From assembly GCA_964640195.1 (NCBI GenBank), contig CAZXIC010000002.1, positions 81,743-145,742 on the forward strand: DNA of 64,000 nt. The letters are read 5' to 3'. The notes under the pieces are model-generated. The model saw only the letters and a list, made by a program, of their open reading frames with translations. It had not been told where the DNA came from and did not search any database. Shown here piece after piece: positions 47,964 through 56,476 of the stretch; the stretch's first letter is position 1, and the number at the start of each line of letters is the position of its first letter. Both the position numbers and the translations under genes were made by a program. This DNA is from an uncultured archaeon (lineage in GTDB: Archaea > Iainarchaeota > Iainarchaeia > Iainarchaeales > GCA-2688035).

Positions 47964-48704
47964 TTACCTATAAATCTTCTCGCCATCTGCCCGTGTTACT
48001 TCAGCTATTGTTTGCCTCACGCCCGCAAGTTGTTCTGCAACATATTGGTGCAGGGCTTTGCCTGAAAGGCCCATGGCCAGCCCCCTTCGGGTTAACCGCT
48101 CTCTGTCGCTTAAAACATACTTTTGGCTGTAGTCAAAAACTGTTTTCTTTCCCTCCTGCGGCCTTAGCTGGACAAATCGTTTTTTGTCTATTCCCCCAAG
48201 CGTCTTTTTGTTGATTATTGGCTTTATTTTATTTTTTAAAAGGTCTCTTTCAATTAGTTGAATTTCCGGGCATTTGCCCTTTCCATAGCCGCCGATTATT
48301 TCCACCCTTGTGGGTAAGGGCATTGCATTCAGCAAAGCCGGAACAATTTTTTCAGCATAAGCAAACGGCGCCCTGTGCTCGTGGGCTCTTTGTCTTGGAG
48401 GCACGTGGAAAACGATTGCTTTGGGCTGGCCTGGCTTTGCAGCACTGTTTTCAGCAATAACGCCGGTGCAGTAACTCAGCGGTATTGAAACCGCGTGTCT
48501 TGCACAGTCAAGTGCTTGCACGGGCGCTTTCTGGGATGGGGGAAAAGAGGCAATAAAGAGTTTACCTTCTCTCTCAAAAATTGCCATCGCCCTACCAGTA
48601 GTAACCAAGAGGTTAGAGATATAAGCTGGCCTAAGATTCTGTTTTGGTGAAGGTTGCACCCGCCTCCATCTGCCAACCTTCTTTTTCTTTCTGATTTTAG
48701 CCAT
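47964..48704 (-). CDS. Hypothetical protein with basic N-terminus
   Basis: 246 aa. Starts 'MAKIRKKKKVGRWRR'. Preceded by leader copy 2. Confidence 0.55.
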   Translation of the reverse strand: MAKIRKKKKVGRWRRVQPSPKQNLRPAYISNLLVTTGRAMAIFEREGKLFIASFPPSQKAPVQALDCARHAVSIPLSYCTGVIAENSAAKPGQPKAIVFHVPPRQRAHEHRAPFAYAEKIVPALLNAMPLPTRVEIIGGYGKGKCPEIQLIERDLLKNKIKPIINKKTLGGIDKKRFVQLRPQEGKKTVFDYSQKYVLSDRERLTRRGLAMGLSGKALHQYVAEQLAGVRQTIAEVTRADGEKIYR

Positions 48705-48743
48705 AAAACAAGTAGTGGTTTAACTCCTTTAAAACCCTCTTAC
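48705..48743 (-). promoter_or_regulatory. Conserved leader element, copy 2
   Basis: TTTAACTCCTTTAAAACCCTCTTAC (plus strand) is identical to copy 1. Overlaps the 3' end of the upstream 79-aa ORF. Confidence 0.5.
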
Positions 48744-48968
48744 ATCCTCGCCTTGGGTTCGAATCCAGGTGTCACTGCTGAGCTTGTATGGTGTGTTATC
48801 TGGCAGAAACTCAACTCTTGTGCTCTTGCACCACTCCCTAAACCAAACCTTTTTGAATCCTTGCAAATGCCGAGCCTTTCTCAAAACAAGCGGGGTTAAT
48901 AGCTGTCTGTGAACTGTCTTAAGGTTGAGATTGGGTGCTTTGCTCTTAGGCATTAAACAATTAGCCAT
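48729..48968 (-). CDS. Small hypothetical protein
   Basis: 79 aa. Preceded by a degenerate third leader copy (48969-48992), where AAGGAG sits 5 nt from the ATG. Confidence 0.4.
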   Translation of the reverse strand: MANCLMPKSKAPNLNLKTVHRQLLTPLVLRKARHLQGFKKVWFREWCKSTRVEFLPDNTPYKLSSDTWIRTQGEDVRGF

Positions 48969-49368
48969 TTATCTCCTTTAGAACTCTTTTACTTTCTTCT
49001 TTGGAACCTTATTTGTTTATCTTTGGCAGCACGATGAACGCGAACAGTGCGGTTGCTGCTGCAAAACCCCAGAAAATCAACGGGTTGATGTAGGCAGTCA
49101 GGGAAAGAAGTAAGGCTGAAACAAGTGCAGCTATGAGAAAAACTACCAGAATTTTGAGGGCTTTTTGGTTCATGGGGGGCAATTGAATTATGCTGAAAAC
49201 TGTTATAAAACAAGCCAGGAGAGTTTTTTGCCCTTTCCCTTGAAAGGGCGCCTGCCCGGGAATTGGCGCTGTCTTTTCCCTGCGCCAAGGCATAGCTTTC
49301 GCTGGACCGTGCAATAAAAATAAAAAAATAGAAATAGTTTTGAAGAATTCCAAACTGATTGCCTAGAA

Positions 49369-49521
49369 TTAATAGTCTCTTCTTGGTTTCCTGTGTTTCA
49401 TATAGCAGTCTTTGCAGTAAACAGGTCTTGTTCCGTCGGGCTTGAAGGGAACTTCTGTTTCCTTGCCGCAATCGGCACAAGTGACCTTGTGCATTGCCCT
49501 GCCATATTGATCTTCAGCCAT
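49369..49521 (-). CDS. CxxC-x17-CxxC zinc-ribbon mini-protein (50 aa, absent from the ORF track)
   Basis: 'MAEDQYGRAMHKVTCADCGKETEVPFKPDGTRPVYCKDCYMKHRKPRRDY'. GGTGAA RBS-like sequence upstream. A paralog lies at 57731-57901. Confidence 0.8.
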   Translation of the reverse strand: MAEDQYGRAMHKVTCADCGKETEVPFKPDGTRPVYCKDCYMKHRKPRRDY

Positions 49522-49726
49522 TGTTTTCATTCACCTTTTTTTGTTTGTTCTATCACTCAAACCAATTTGCTAAAATCAGCCAAGCAATAAGAGTATTCTG
49601 GGGGCAGGGGTTTAAAAGCGCTTTGAATGGGGCCCTTTGTGGCGCATTCCCTATTTTTGCCCTTTTCTTGTCTTTTTTACACATTTTTAGGTTTTGGGCA
49701 ATAGGGCAGGGTTTGGTTTGTTGTTT

Positions 49727-50008
49727 TTAGCCGTCCATGCTGCGCGCTTTCGGTTTCTTGGCTTTGATTCTGCCAGTAACCCTGTCGGATTCCAGCAAGT
49801 CGTAGATCCTCCGCTCCAGGGCAGAGTATTTTCTCTCCTTTAGCAATGCCTGCATTTCAAACAGCCTAGCGCGCCAGAAGTTTTGCGGCTCTGCCTTGTT
49901 TGCTTCATCCAAAAGCGCGGACAGCTTCCGCCTAGCCACTAGGATTGCCTCCCGCAAAAAAGAACCTGTGCGTTCAAAACTATAAACAACTGCTTTAGTA
50001 TAGCTCAA
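49727..50008 (-). CDS. Small helical hypothetical protein
   Basis: 93 aa with a TTG start after TAGGGG. Basic C-tail. Confidence 0.45.
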   Translation of the reverse strand: MSYTKAVVYSFERTGSFLREAILVARRKLSALLDEANKAEPQNFWRARLFEMQALLKERKYSALERRIYDLLESDRVTGRIKAKKPKARSMDG

Positions 50009-50075
50009 ACCCCTATTTTATTGTTTCGCACAGCGGTACGCCCCCTTTATCCATTCTTCCATGCCATAATCTGTT

Positions 50076-50441
50076 ATGCCAAAGCTAGTTTACAGCATTT
50101 CAAAAACAAAGGCTGAGCTGGAGAGGAACAGGCTCAGCAGGGACGGGAGGGGGCAAGCCCCCGGCTGCCAGCGCTCGGTTTTGCTTGGGTCGCACAAGAA
50201 GTCCGGAAAGCCTGCTCTTTTTACCGTGTTTGACTTTCTGGAAAAGGCGCTGACAGGAAAGGCTTTTGGCTCGAGGGCAACCTACACTGTAGAGAGGGCC
50301 AGCGGGTGGGTTGGGTATGTTTACGAAAGCGCCCACAACAACTATTTCCTTGTTGAAAAGCGCCACTTTCCCTTGGGCGGGGGCAACCCAAGAATAGAGA
50401 AGGTGCCAATGCCCAACTGCTTGCAGCCAAAGAAGGTTTAA
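50076..50441 (+). CDS. Hypothetical protein
   Basis: 121 aa. The start context CTGTTATGCC resembles the recurring motif. Competes with antisense ORFs. Confidence 0.4.
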   Translation: MPKLVYSISKTKAELERNRLSRDGRGQAPGCQRSVLLGSHKKSGKPALFTVFDFLEKALTGKAFGSRATYTVERASGWVGYVYESAHNNYFLVEKRHFPLGGGNPRIEKVPMPNCLQPKKV

Positions 50442-50520
50442 TTTCCAAAAAAGCCTTTTGCAGGGAATTTTCAAGGGTTGCTCCGCATTTGGCACTGGCA
50501 TACAAGCAGGCTGAGGAAAA

Positions 50521-50850
50521 CTAGGCTGCTGTCTTTTTCACTCCTGCACGCCTTTGCTTTTTGGCTGGCTCTGCAAGCTTTGGCTGGACAGCAGGGCTTT
50601 TTTGGGACACACCTTCTGGCTTTGCGCGCCTGTCAGGCTCAACGCGCCTTTCAACGCCGCTCCTTTTGTCAAGACCCATACGCAACTGGCCAGGAAGGGG
50701 ATTTTGAACGTAAAACCTTCCGCCAGAAACTTCCACTTCCCTCTCACGCCTGTCACGACCTGACCTTCGTTCGCGAACGCGCTTTTCCCGACCAGCACCC
50801 AAATGACCTGGTTTTGGCGATTTCACCTCAAATTTTCGCCGGTGAACCAT
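50521..50850 (-). CDS. Small highly basic protein with an internal duplicated 'F-x-V-x-x-P-x-x-G-x-L-x-x-G-x-x-KR' module
   Basis: 109 aa from ATG 50850: 'KFEVKSPKPGHLGAGREKR' plus 'RFYVQNPLPGQLRMGLDKR', RSGxxRR motifs and a Lys-rich tail. A paralog lies at 54025-54324. Confidence 0.55.
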   Translation of the reverse strand: MVHRRKFEVKSPKPGHLGAGREKRVRERRSGRDRREREVEVSGGRFYVQNPLPGQLRMGLDKRSGVERRVEPDRRAKPEGVSQKSPAVQPKLAEPAKKQRRAGVKKTAA

Positions 50851-50955
50851 AAATAGATTGTGGAAGTCAGGCAATTTAAGGGTTTGTGTTAAAAATAAGC
50901 TTTCAAATAAAACCACAGAAAGGCTTTTTAACCGGAAGCAGGCTATTTTTAGGTT

Positions 50956-51207
50956 ATGTGGATTCTCATTGCAATAGGGATATTGGCTGTAATTCTCGGC
51001 ATTGTTGGAATCATTGCCATGAAGAGGGGAAGGCGGCCGCTTGACCCAATGCCGGTTGGAATGGCTGCAGGCGGCATAGTTGGCGTTGCAGTTGGAATCG
51101 GGCTTGTTGAGCTTGCGGGCTTTGAATATCCTTTTCCCTTCATAACCTGGATGCTTGGAATGGCGGCAGGGCAAATTGTTGGGCTGTTGTGGAAGAAGGG
51201 CAAATAA
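50956..51207 (+). CDS. Small membrane protein
   Basis: 83 aa and Gly/Ile/Val-rich, with 3 predicted TM helices. Confidence 0.55.
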   Translation: MWILIAIGILAVILGIVGIIAMKRGRRPLDPMPVGMAAGGIVGVAVGIGLVELAGFEYPFPFITWMLGMAAGQIVGLLWKKGK

Positions 51208-51218
51208 GAGGTTTTTAT

Positions 51219-51383
51219 TTGAAGCATCGGCTCGGCTTGGCATTGGTTGCAATCGGCTTTATCCTCATAGTGCTGAATGCAGCTGATTACATTGTTGGCT
51301 GGAATGCTGTTTCGCCAAGCACCGGCGGCTTTGGGATAATACTAGTTATGCTTGGCATAGTGTTCGGGAAAAGGTTCAAGTAA
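51219..51383 (+). CDS. Small membrane protein
   Basis: 54 aa from TTG 51219 after AAGAGG. Two hydrophobic helices. Confidence 0.45.
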   Translation: MKHRLGLALVAIGFILIVLNAADYIVGWNAVSPSTGGFGIILVMLGIVFGKRFK

Positions 51384-51394
51384 GAGTGGTTTTT

Positions 51395-52075
51395 ATGGCT
51401 GCTGCAATGCCCTTGGCGCGCCTTCTTGGCGGCTTTGTTGTAGCAATGTTTTTCCTTGCTGCACTGCTTTTTGTTCCGGCTGGCACGCTAGATTGGCCTG
51501 AGGGCTGGCTATTGCTTTTTCTTTTCGCCTGTTATTTTGTACCAGCGGGATTATGGCTCGGAAAGCACAGGCCGGAGATAGCAAAAAAGCGCACCTCGCT
51601 GCGCAGGCCGGTAAAAGGATGGGACGCGGTTATCGTTTCCTTGCTAAGCATTGCACTGCTTGCAATAATGCCAGTTGCAGCTCTTGACGCTGTTGCATTC
51701 CGCCTGAGCGCAGTGCCATTGGAAATAAAGGCGATTGGCTTTGCGGGAGTTGCTTGCTCGCTTGTATTGGTGTTCTGGGCGATAAGGGAAAACGCTTTTG
51801 CATCGAGGATTGTTGAAGTACAAAAAGGGCAGAAGGTAGTGAGCACTGGCCCTTACGCTATTGTAAGGCACCCGATATACTCTGCTTTTGCCCTGCTGTC
51901 AGTAGGAATGGCAATCGGGCTCGGTTCCCTGTACGCATTGGCGCCTGCACTGCTGACAATTGTTGGCTTGGTTGCAAGGACAGCACTAGAAGACAAGGAG
52001 CTGCAGGAAAACCTGCCTGGCTATAAGGAGTACGCGAAGGAAGTGCGCTACAGACTTTTACCTGGCATTTGGTAA
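51395..52075 (+). CDS. Isoprenylcysteine carboxyl / phospholipid methyltransferase-family membrane protein
   Basis: 'GPYAIVRHPIYSAFALLSVG' (RHPxY motif) in a 5-TM protein. ATG 51395 preferred over GTG 51386. Confidence 0.8.
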   Translation: MAAAMPLARLLGGFVVAMFFLAALLFVPAGTLDWPEGWLLLFLFACYFVPAGLWLGKHRPEIAKKRTSLRRPVKGWDAVIVSLLSIALLAIMPVAALDAVAFRLSAVPLEIKAIGFAGVACSLVLVFWAIRENAFASRIVEVQKGQKVVSTGPYAIVRHPIYSAFALLSVGMAIGLGSLYALAPALLTIVGLVARTALEDKELQENLPGYKEYAKEVRYRLLPGIW

Positions 52076-52116
52076 GTTAAGGGATTAAAGTAGCCAGGAA
52101 TCTGTTATGTAGCAGT

Positions 52117-52893
52117 TTAGAACCTTGTTGGCTTATAGTCGCTCCATGTTTTGTTGCCAGTTCTGAAATATTTGCTTATCCTGACATAGCCGTCCCTGTA
52201 TGAGATTACCCCGAGCTCCCTTAGTTGATCCAGTATGCGAATTAATCTGACGCCCGCAAGTCCTTTATTCCCCCTGAACCGCCGCATTAGCCAGCTTTTT
52301 TTGACTGAAAGATGCGGCTTTGAAATAAGTTCATTGACCACAAAAAGTCTTGCCTTGATTACGCGCACGTTTTCGTAAACAACGGGGTTTGGGCCCGCTT
52401 GCCTTAAGACGTTTGGTCTGTTAAGCGATTCCGGCGCCTTTGCCTTGCCTTTTGCAATTGATTCTGCGGAGTAGTTTGCCATTAAGTAAGGGGTTGGCAT
52501 TATGCCGTTGGCAAGGCACACCTCTACTTTTTGCAGGATGTTCGTCGGCCTGAACTGCTTCAGCACATTGAATTTTGTCCAGCCAGGCAACAGTTTGTTC
52601 AGGCACTTTGATGCCTTGTTATCTTCAAGACACCTTTGCTCAAACCTTTTGATAAACCCCTCAAATCCCTTGTTTGGCAATGATAACCTCCAAACAAGCC
52701 CTTCTATTGGCACTCCTGCCTTCTTCATTCTTTTAATCCGCTTGGAAACAAGGCGTGGCGTGATGTTCCTGCTTGCAAGCATGTTAATGCCTTTTTTGCT
52801 AACCTCATAGGGGGAAAGAATTTTTGATATGCCAGCCTTGTTCTGCGGGAAGGTTGAGACAACCTTGTGTTTCTTAGCAATGGCAGTTTGCAT
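52117..52893 (-). CDS. Hypothetical protein with C-terminal wHTH-like segment
   Basis: 258 aa. 'GVRLIRILDQLRELGVISYRDGYVRI' is wHTH-like. The stop abuts a motif copy (52104-52116). Confidence 0.55.
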   Translation of the reverse strand: MQTAIAKKHKVVSTFPQNKAGISKILSPYEVSKKGINMLASRNITPRLVSKRIKRMKKAGVPIEGLVWRLSLPNKGFEGFIKRFEQRCLEDNKASKCLNKLLPGWTKFNVLKQFRPTNILQKVEVCLANGIMPTPYLMANYSAESIAKGKAKAPESLNRPNVLRQAGPNPVVYENVRVIKARLFVVNELISKPHLSVKKSWLMRRFRGNKGLAGVRLIRILDQLRELGVISYRDGYVRISKYFRTGNKTWSDYKPTRF

Positions 52894-52987
52894 AAGTAGA
52901 ATTAGGCATTTTCCCCTTTAAAATTGTTTTTTTCAGAGCCTTTTTGCATGGATTTCCTGTCTGAAGGAATTTGCTATGGCAACGGCC

Positions 52988-53329
52988 CTATTTTTTCGCA
53001 ACCTTCGCCCACTGCTTTGTTATTGCATTAACCATTGGGCGATTTTTCTGCAAAACCCTTCTTGCGAGGTCTGGCGGCTCAAAGCAGTGGTTGATGGCAA
53101 GCTTAATGAACTCTCCGATAAACTCTGGGCCACTTAGCGGATTGGTTTCTCTCAATCTAGCATCCAATAAACTATGGATATCAGCCCAACAGTCTTTGCT
53201 TATTGGTCTGGACGCCTCTGCCTTTCGGCTCAAAAGGCGCATATGGCGGTCACGAATTAGTTCAGAGAGATCCCCCCTACTCCCCTGCTTCCTCCCTGCT
53301 GCAGTCGTCTCTCGCCTGAGCTTAGCCAT
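52988..53329 (-). CDS. Small hypothetical protein
   Basis: 113 aa. More protein-like than the overlapping plus-strand ORF. Confidence 0.4.
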   Translation of the reverse strand: MAKLRRETTAAGRKQGSRGDLSELIRDRHMRLLSRKAEASRPISKDCWADIHSLLDARLRETNPLSGPEFIGEFIKLAINHCFEPPDLARRVLQKNRPMVNAITKQWAKVAKK

Positions 53330-53350
53330 AACACTATAAAAGGGGGCATC

Positions 53351-53938
53351 TTATTTAATTTTTTGCTTTGAATGCGCTCCAGTTGGCCACACTGGCAGCA
53401 CTTCCCTGCCACTGCTTTTGTTTATCACCAGTGCCATTGCAAGGTATAAAGCACTGAAGCCGCAGATTATCCCCTCAAAGCCTGCAATCGTTGTTATCTC
53501 TTTCACGCCTGTGAAGTTTGCTGCAGCAAGCAGGAAGAAAAGCAGTGCAAGGGAAGCGAAGACGAACTGCAGCGCCCTGTTTGTGCGCAGCGTGCCGAAA
53601 AACATGAGAAGCGTGAACAGACCCCAGAGGAAAAGGTATGCGGACATTGCAGTTGGAGTTGCTGCCTCGCCTAGGTTCAGGGCCGGAATCATTATCAGGG
53701 CTACCAATGAAAGCCAGAACAGGCCGAAAGAGGTGAAGGCAGTGGTGCCGAAGGTGTTGCCGTTCCTGAATTCAAGGATGCCTGCAATAATCTGGCCTAT
53801 GCCGCCGTAAAAAATCCCCATTGCGAGAATCATGCTGCCCAGGGCAAAAAAGCCTGCGTTGTGCAGATTGAGCAGCACTGTTGTCATGCCAAAGCCAGCC
53901 AAGCCGAGCGGCGCGGGATTTGCTTTGAGTTCAGGCAT
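53351..53938 (-). CDS. satP: Acetate/succinate transporter, GPR1/FUN34/YaaH (SatP) family
   Basis: '[23 protein letters not shown]' family signature. Six TM helices. Confidence 0.9.
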   Translation of the reverse strand: MPELKANPAPLGLAGFGMTTVLLNLHNAGFFALGSMILAMGIFYGGIGQIIAGILEFRNGNTFGTTAFTSFGLFWLSLVALIMIPALNLGEAATPTAMSAYLFLWGLFTLLMFFGTLRTNRALQFVFASLALLFFLLAAANFTGVKEITTIAGFEGIICGFSALYLAMALVINKSSGREVLPVWPTGAHSKQKIK

Positions 53939-54024
53939 GGGCTCACCGTTATGGGATAAAAAAAGAGCGTTTGGTTTAAATAGGTTGGTGTTGCGCTTCC
54001 TAAAAAATTGGGCACAACCGGCGG

Positions 54025-54324
54025 CTAAGCTCGTTTTTTGGATTTTGCTCTCTTTTTGGTTTTTGCTCTCTTTTTGGTTTTTGCCCTCTTTTGGGTTGTT
54101 GTGCTCTTTTTGTCTGTTGCCCTCTTTGCCCTGCCAAAACCAAGATACCCTGTCTTGGGGTGCGAAACTGTAAACATGCCGTCTTCGACTTTTGACTTCA
54201 TAAACCGCCTTTCAGGCTCCATCTTAGTTGGCCTTGCCCCCCTCAATGTGCGTTTGTTTGGCCCGCCGATAAGCTCTCCTGATTTGGGCCTCGAAACCCT
54301 GAACATGTTGCCAATAAGGCTCAT
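54025..54324 (-). CDS. Small highly basic protein, paralog of 50521-50850
   Basis: '[19 protein letters not shown]' plus '[19 protein letters not shown]', then a (KRAKTK)n tail. Confidence 0.55.
   Translation of the reverse strand: MSLIGNMFRVSRPKSGELIGGPNKRTLRGARPTKMEPERRFMKSKVEDGMFTVSHPKTGYLGFGRAKRATDKKSTTTQKRAKTKKRAKTKKRAKSKKRA
54043..54114. repeat. 18-bp tandem repeat (2 exact plus 2 degenerate units)
   Basis: TTTTGCTCTCTTTTTGGT x2, then TTTTGCCCTCTTTTGGGT and TGTTGTGCTCTTTTTGTC. Encodes the KKRAKT repeats of the basic protein tail. Confidence 0.85.
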
Positions 54325-54580
54325 TCCCCCTTGTCTTCTCTTACCCCCCGTCTCTGGTAAACACCTAAAGGATTAGCGCTTTTGAAAAATTTAATGGTTT
54401 CGGTTTATCCTCCCGCATTGCTGCCGCACGCCCCATTGCAGGGCAGTACAGCAATCTTTTTTGCAGGCGCTGGCGGCTTAAAGTTCTTGCCTGCGCTTTT
54501 TAGATATGTTTTTATAACCAAAGCAGGCATCTTTTTCAGGGGATTTGTTTTTGGCTGCGTTTGGCGCACACCCGGTTTTT

Positions 54581-55507
54581 ATGTACAGGGCGCAGAAAGC
54601 CGAGCAGGAATACAGCTCTGGCAGCAGGGGCCCTGTTCCGGTTGGTGTGGTTATTGGGGTAATACTGCTCTTTCTGTCCATACTAATCGGCATAGTTTTC
54701 AGGAGCGCTGAAATTGCCATTATTGGAATCCTGGTTGCGTTCATTGCAATGCTGAGCATAAGGATTGCGGCAGAATGGGAAAGGGCCATTATACTGCGGC
54801 TTGGGAAGTACAGCAGGATGGTTGGCCCAGGGCTGTTTTTAATAATCCCCTTCTTTGAAACAACCTTCAAGGTTGATTTGAGGGTAAGGGTCTGGGACGT
54901 GAAGCCGCAGGAGATAATGAGCGCTGACAGCGTTCCGGTTGAAGTGGATGCTGTTGTTTATTACCAGATAACTGACCCCAAGAAGGCGATAATGAATGTT
55001 GAGGACTTTGCAGTTGCCTCAGTGAAGATGTCGCAGACAACTTTGAGGGACATTGTCGGGAAATCTGACTTGGACAGGCTGCTGATGAAAAAGGAGGAAA
55101 TAGGGAACGACATCAAGATAATTCTGGACAAGGCAACCGACCCCTGGGGCATCAGGGTTATAAGCGTTGAAATAAAGGACGTTGTGCTGCCAGAGATGCT
55201 GAAAAGGGCGATGGCAAAGGAGGCAGAGGCGACAAGGGAAAAGAAGGCAAGGCTGATAAAAGCCAGCGCTGAACAGGAGGCAGCCGCGAAATTCGAGAAA
55301 GCCGCTTCAGTAATGCTGAAGAGCCCGCCTGCAATGCAGTTGAGGCAGCTGCAGACATGGCAGGAAATTGGTGCGGAGCAGAACAGCCTGATGATTCTGA
55401 TTCCAACAGAGTTTGCCAAAAGCATGGGGAGCCTCGGCATTGTAGGCTTGGGGGACGAGCTGCTAAAGCAGATGCCGAAAAGGGAAGCGAAAAAGAAAAA
55501 GGATTAG
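54581..55507 (+). CDS. SPFH/band-7 (stomatin/prohibitin-like) membrane protein
   Basis: N-terminal TM, then 'ERAIILRLGKYSRMVGPGLFLIIPFFE...VDAVVYYQITDP' and an Ala/Glu-rich coiled region. ATG 54581 preferred. Confidence 0.9.
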   Translation: MYRAQKAEQEYSSGSRGPVPVGVVIGVILLFLSILIGIVFRSAEIAIIGILVAFIAMLSIRIAAEWERAIILRLGKYSRMVGPGLFLIIPFFETTFKVDLRVRVWDVKPQEIMSADSVPVEVDAVVYYQITDPKKAIMNVEDFAVASVKMSQTTLRDIVGKSDLDRLLMKKEEIGNDIKIILDKATDPWGIRVISVEIKDVVLPEMLKRAMAKEAEATREKKARLIKASAEQEAAAKFEKAASVMLKSPPAMQLRQLQTWQEIGAEQNSLMILIPTEFAKSMGSLGIVGLGDELLKQMPKREAKKKKD

Positions 55508-55530
55508 TTTTCTGGGGAAACGCTGGGCAA

Positions 55531-56475
55531 CTATTTTCTGAAAAGGGCTGCTTTTCCCTCGCAGCCCAGCAATTTTAGTTTCCGGGCAACAACCTCTTTG
55601 ACCATGTCCCTTGCAGGGCCAAGGTACTTTCTCGGGTCGAACTCTTCCGGTTTTTCGGCAAGCGCTCTTCTTGTTGCTGCTGTCATAGCCAGCCTCAAAT
55701 CAGTGTCAATGTTTACTTTCTGCACCCCGATCTTCACAGCCTGCCTTATCTGCTCTTCTGGCACGCCCCTGCTGCCGATTATCTTGGCGCCGTACTTGTT
55801 TGCAATCCCAACGTATTCAGGCAGCACTGAAGAAGCGCCGTGCAACACCAAGGGAATGCGCACAAGTTCCCTGATTTGCTTCAGCCTTTCAAAATCCAGT
55901 TTCGGCTCAGCCTTGAATTTGTACGCGCCGTGGGAGGTGCCGATAGCAACAGCCAGGGCATCACATTCTGTCCTTTCAACAAATTCTTTCGCCTCACCAG
56001 GGTTAGTGTACACTGCACTTGTAGATACTTTGTCGCCCTCGCCTGAATCAAACTGCTCCCCGACAAGTTTCCCAAGCTCGGCTTCCACTGAAACTTTCTT
56101 TGGATGCGCGTAATCAACCACTTTTTTGGTGAGGCTTATGTTTGCCTCAAAAGGCTCATGGCTGCCGTCTACCATCACTGAGGTGAAGCCGTCGCCAATC
56201 ACCTCTTTGCAGATTTCAAAGCTGTCGCCGTGGTCAAGATGCAGTGCAATCGGCAGCCCAGAATCCTTTTCAGCTGCCTCAGCCAACTTCAGTATGTAGG
56301 TCTTGCCGGCGTAGGACCTCGCCCCTCTGCTGACCTGCAGTATCAGCGGCGCGTCAAGCTCCTTTGCGGCAGACACTATCCCCTGGATGATTTCCATGTT
56401 ATTTATGTTAAATGCCCCAAGGGCAAAACCTTCCTCCATTGCCCTGTCCAGCAGTTCTTTATTCGTGACAAACAT
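55531..56475 (-). CDS. fba: Class II fructose-bisphosphate aldolase
   Basis: 'GAFNINNMEIIQGIVSAA', 'PIALHLDHG' and 'VLHGASS'. ATG 56475 is preceded by GGAGGGG, right after the PFK stop. Confidence 0.9.
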   Translation of the reverse strand: MFVTNKELLDRAMEEGFALGAFNINNMEIIQGIVSAAKELDAPLILQVSRGARSYAGKTYILKLAEAAEKDSGLPIALHLDHGDSFEICKEVIGDGFTSVMVDGSHEPFEANISLTKKVVDYAHPKKVSVEAELGKLVGEQFDSGEGDKVSTSAVYTNPGEAKEFVERTECDALAVAIGTSHGAYKFKAEPKLDFERLKQIRELVRIPLVLHGASSVLPEYVGIANKYGAKIIGSRGVPEEQIRQAVKIGVQKVNIDTDLRLAMTAATRRALAEKPEEFDPRKYLGPARDMVKEVVARKLKLLGCEGKAALFRK

Positions 56476-56476
56476 T

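Noticed and set aside
50851-51252. Upstream two-thirds of the 243-aa track ORF (50521..51252)
   Set aside because: This part is antisense to a convincing small membrane protein (50956-51207) and has odd composition. Only the C-terminal 109 aa, from ATG 50850, carries the duplicated basic module shared with the 54025 paralog.
39000-54330. Calling the whole accessory stretch an integrated provirus or plasmid
   Set aside because: I found no capsid, terminase, replication-initiator or integrase gene inside it, and no tRNA or clear att pair at its ends. Housekeeping genes (ICMT-family, SatP) are interspersed. It is kept only as a hypothesis in the findings.
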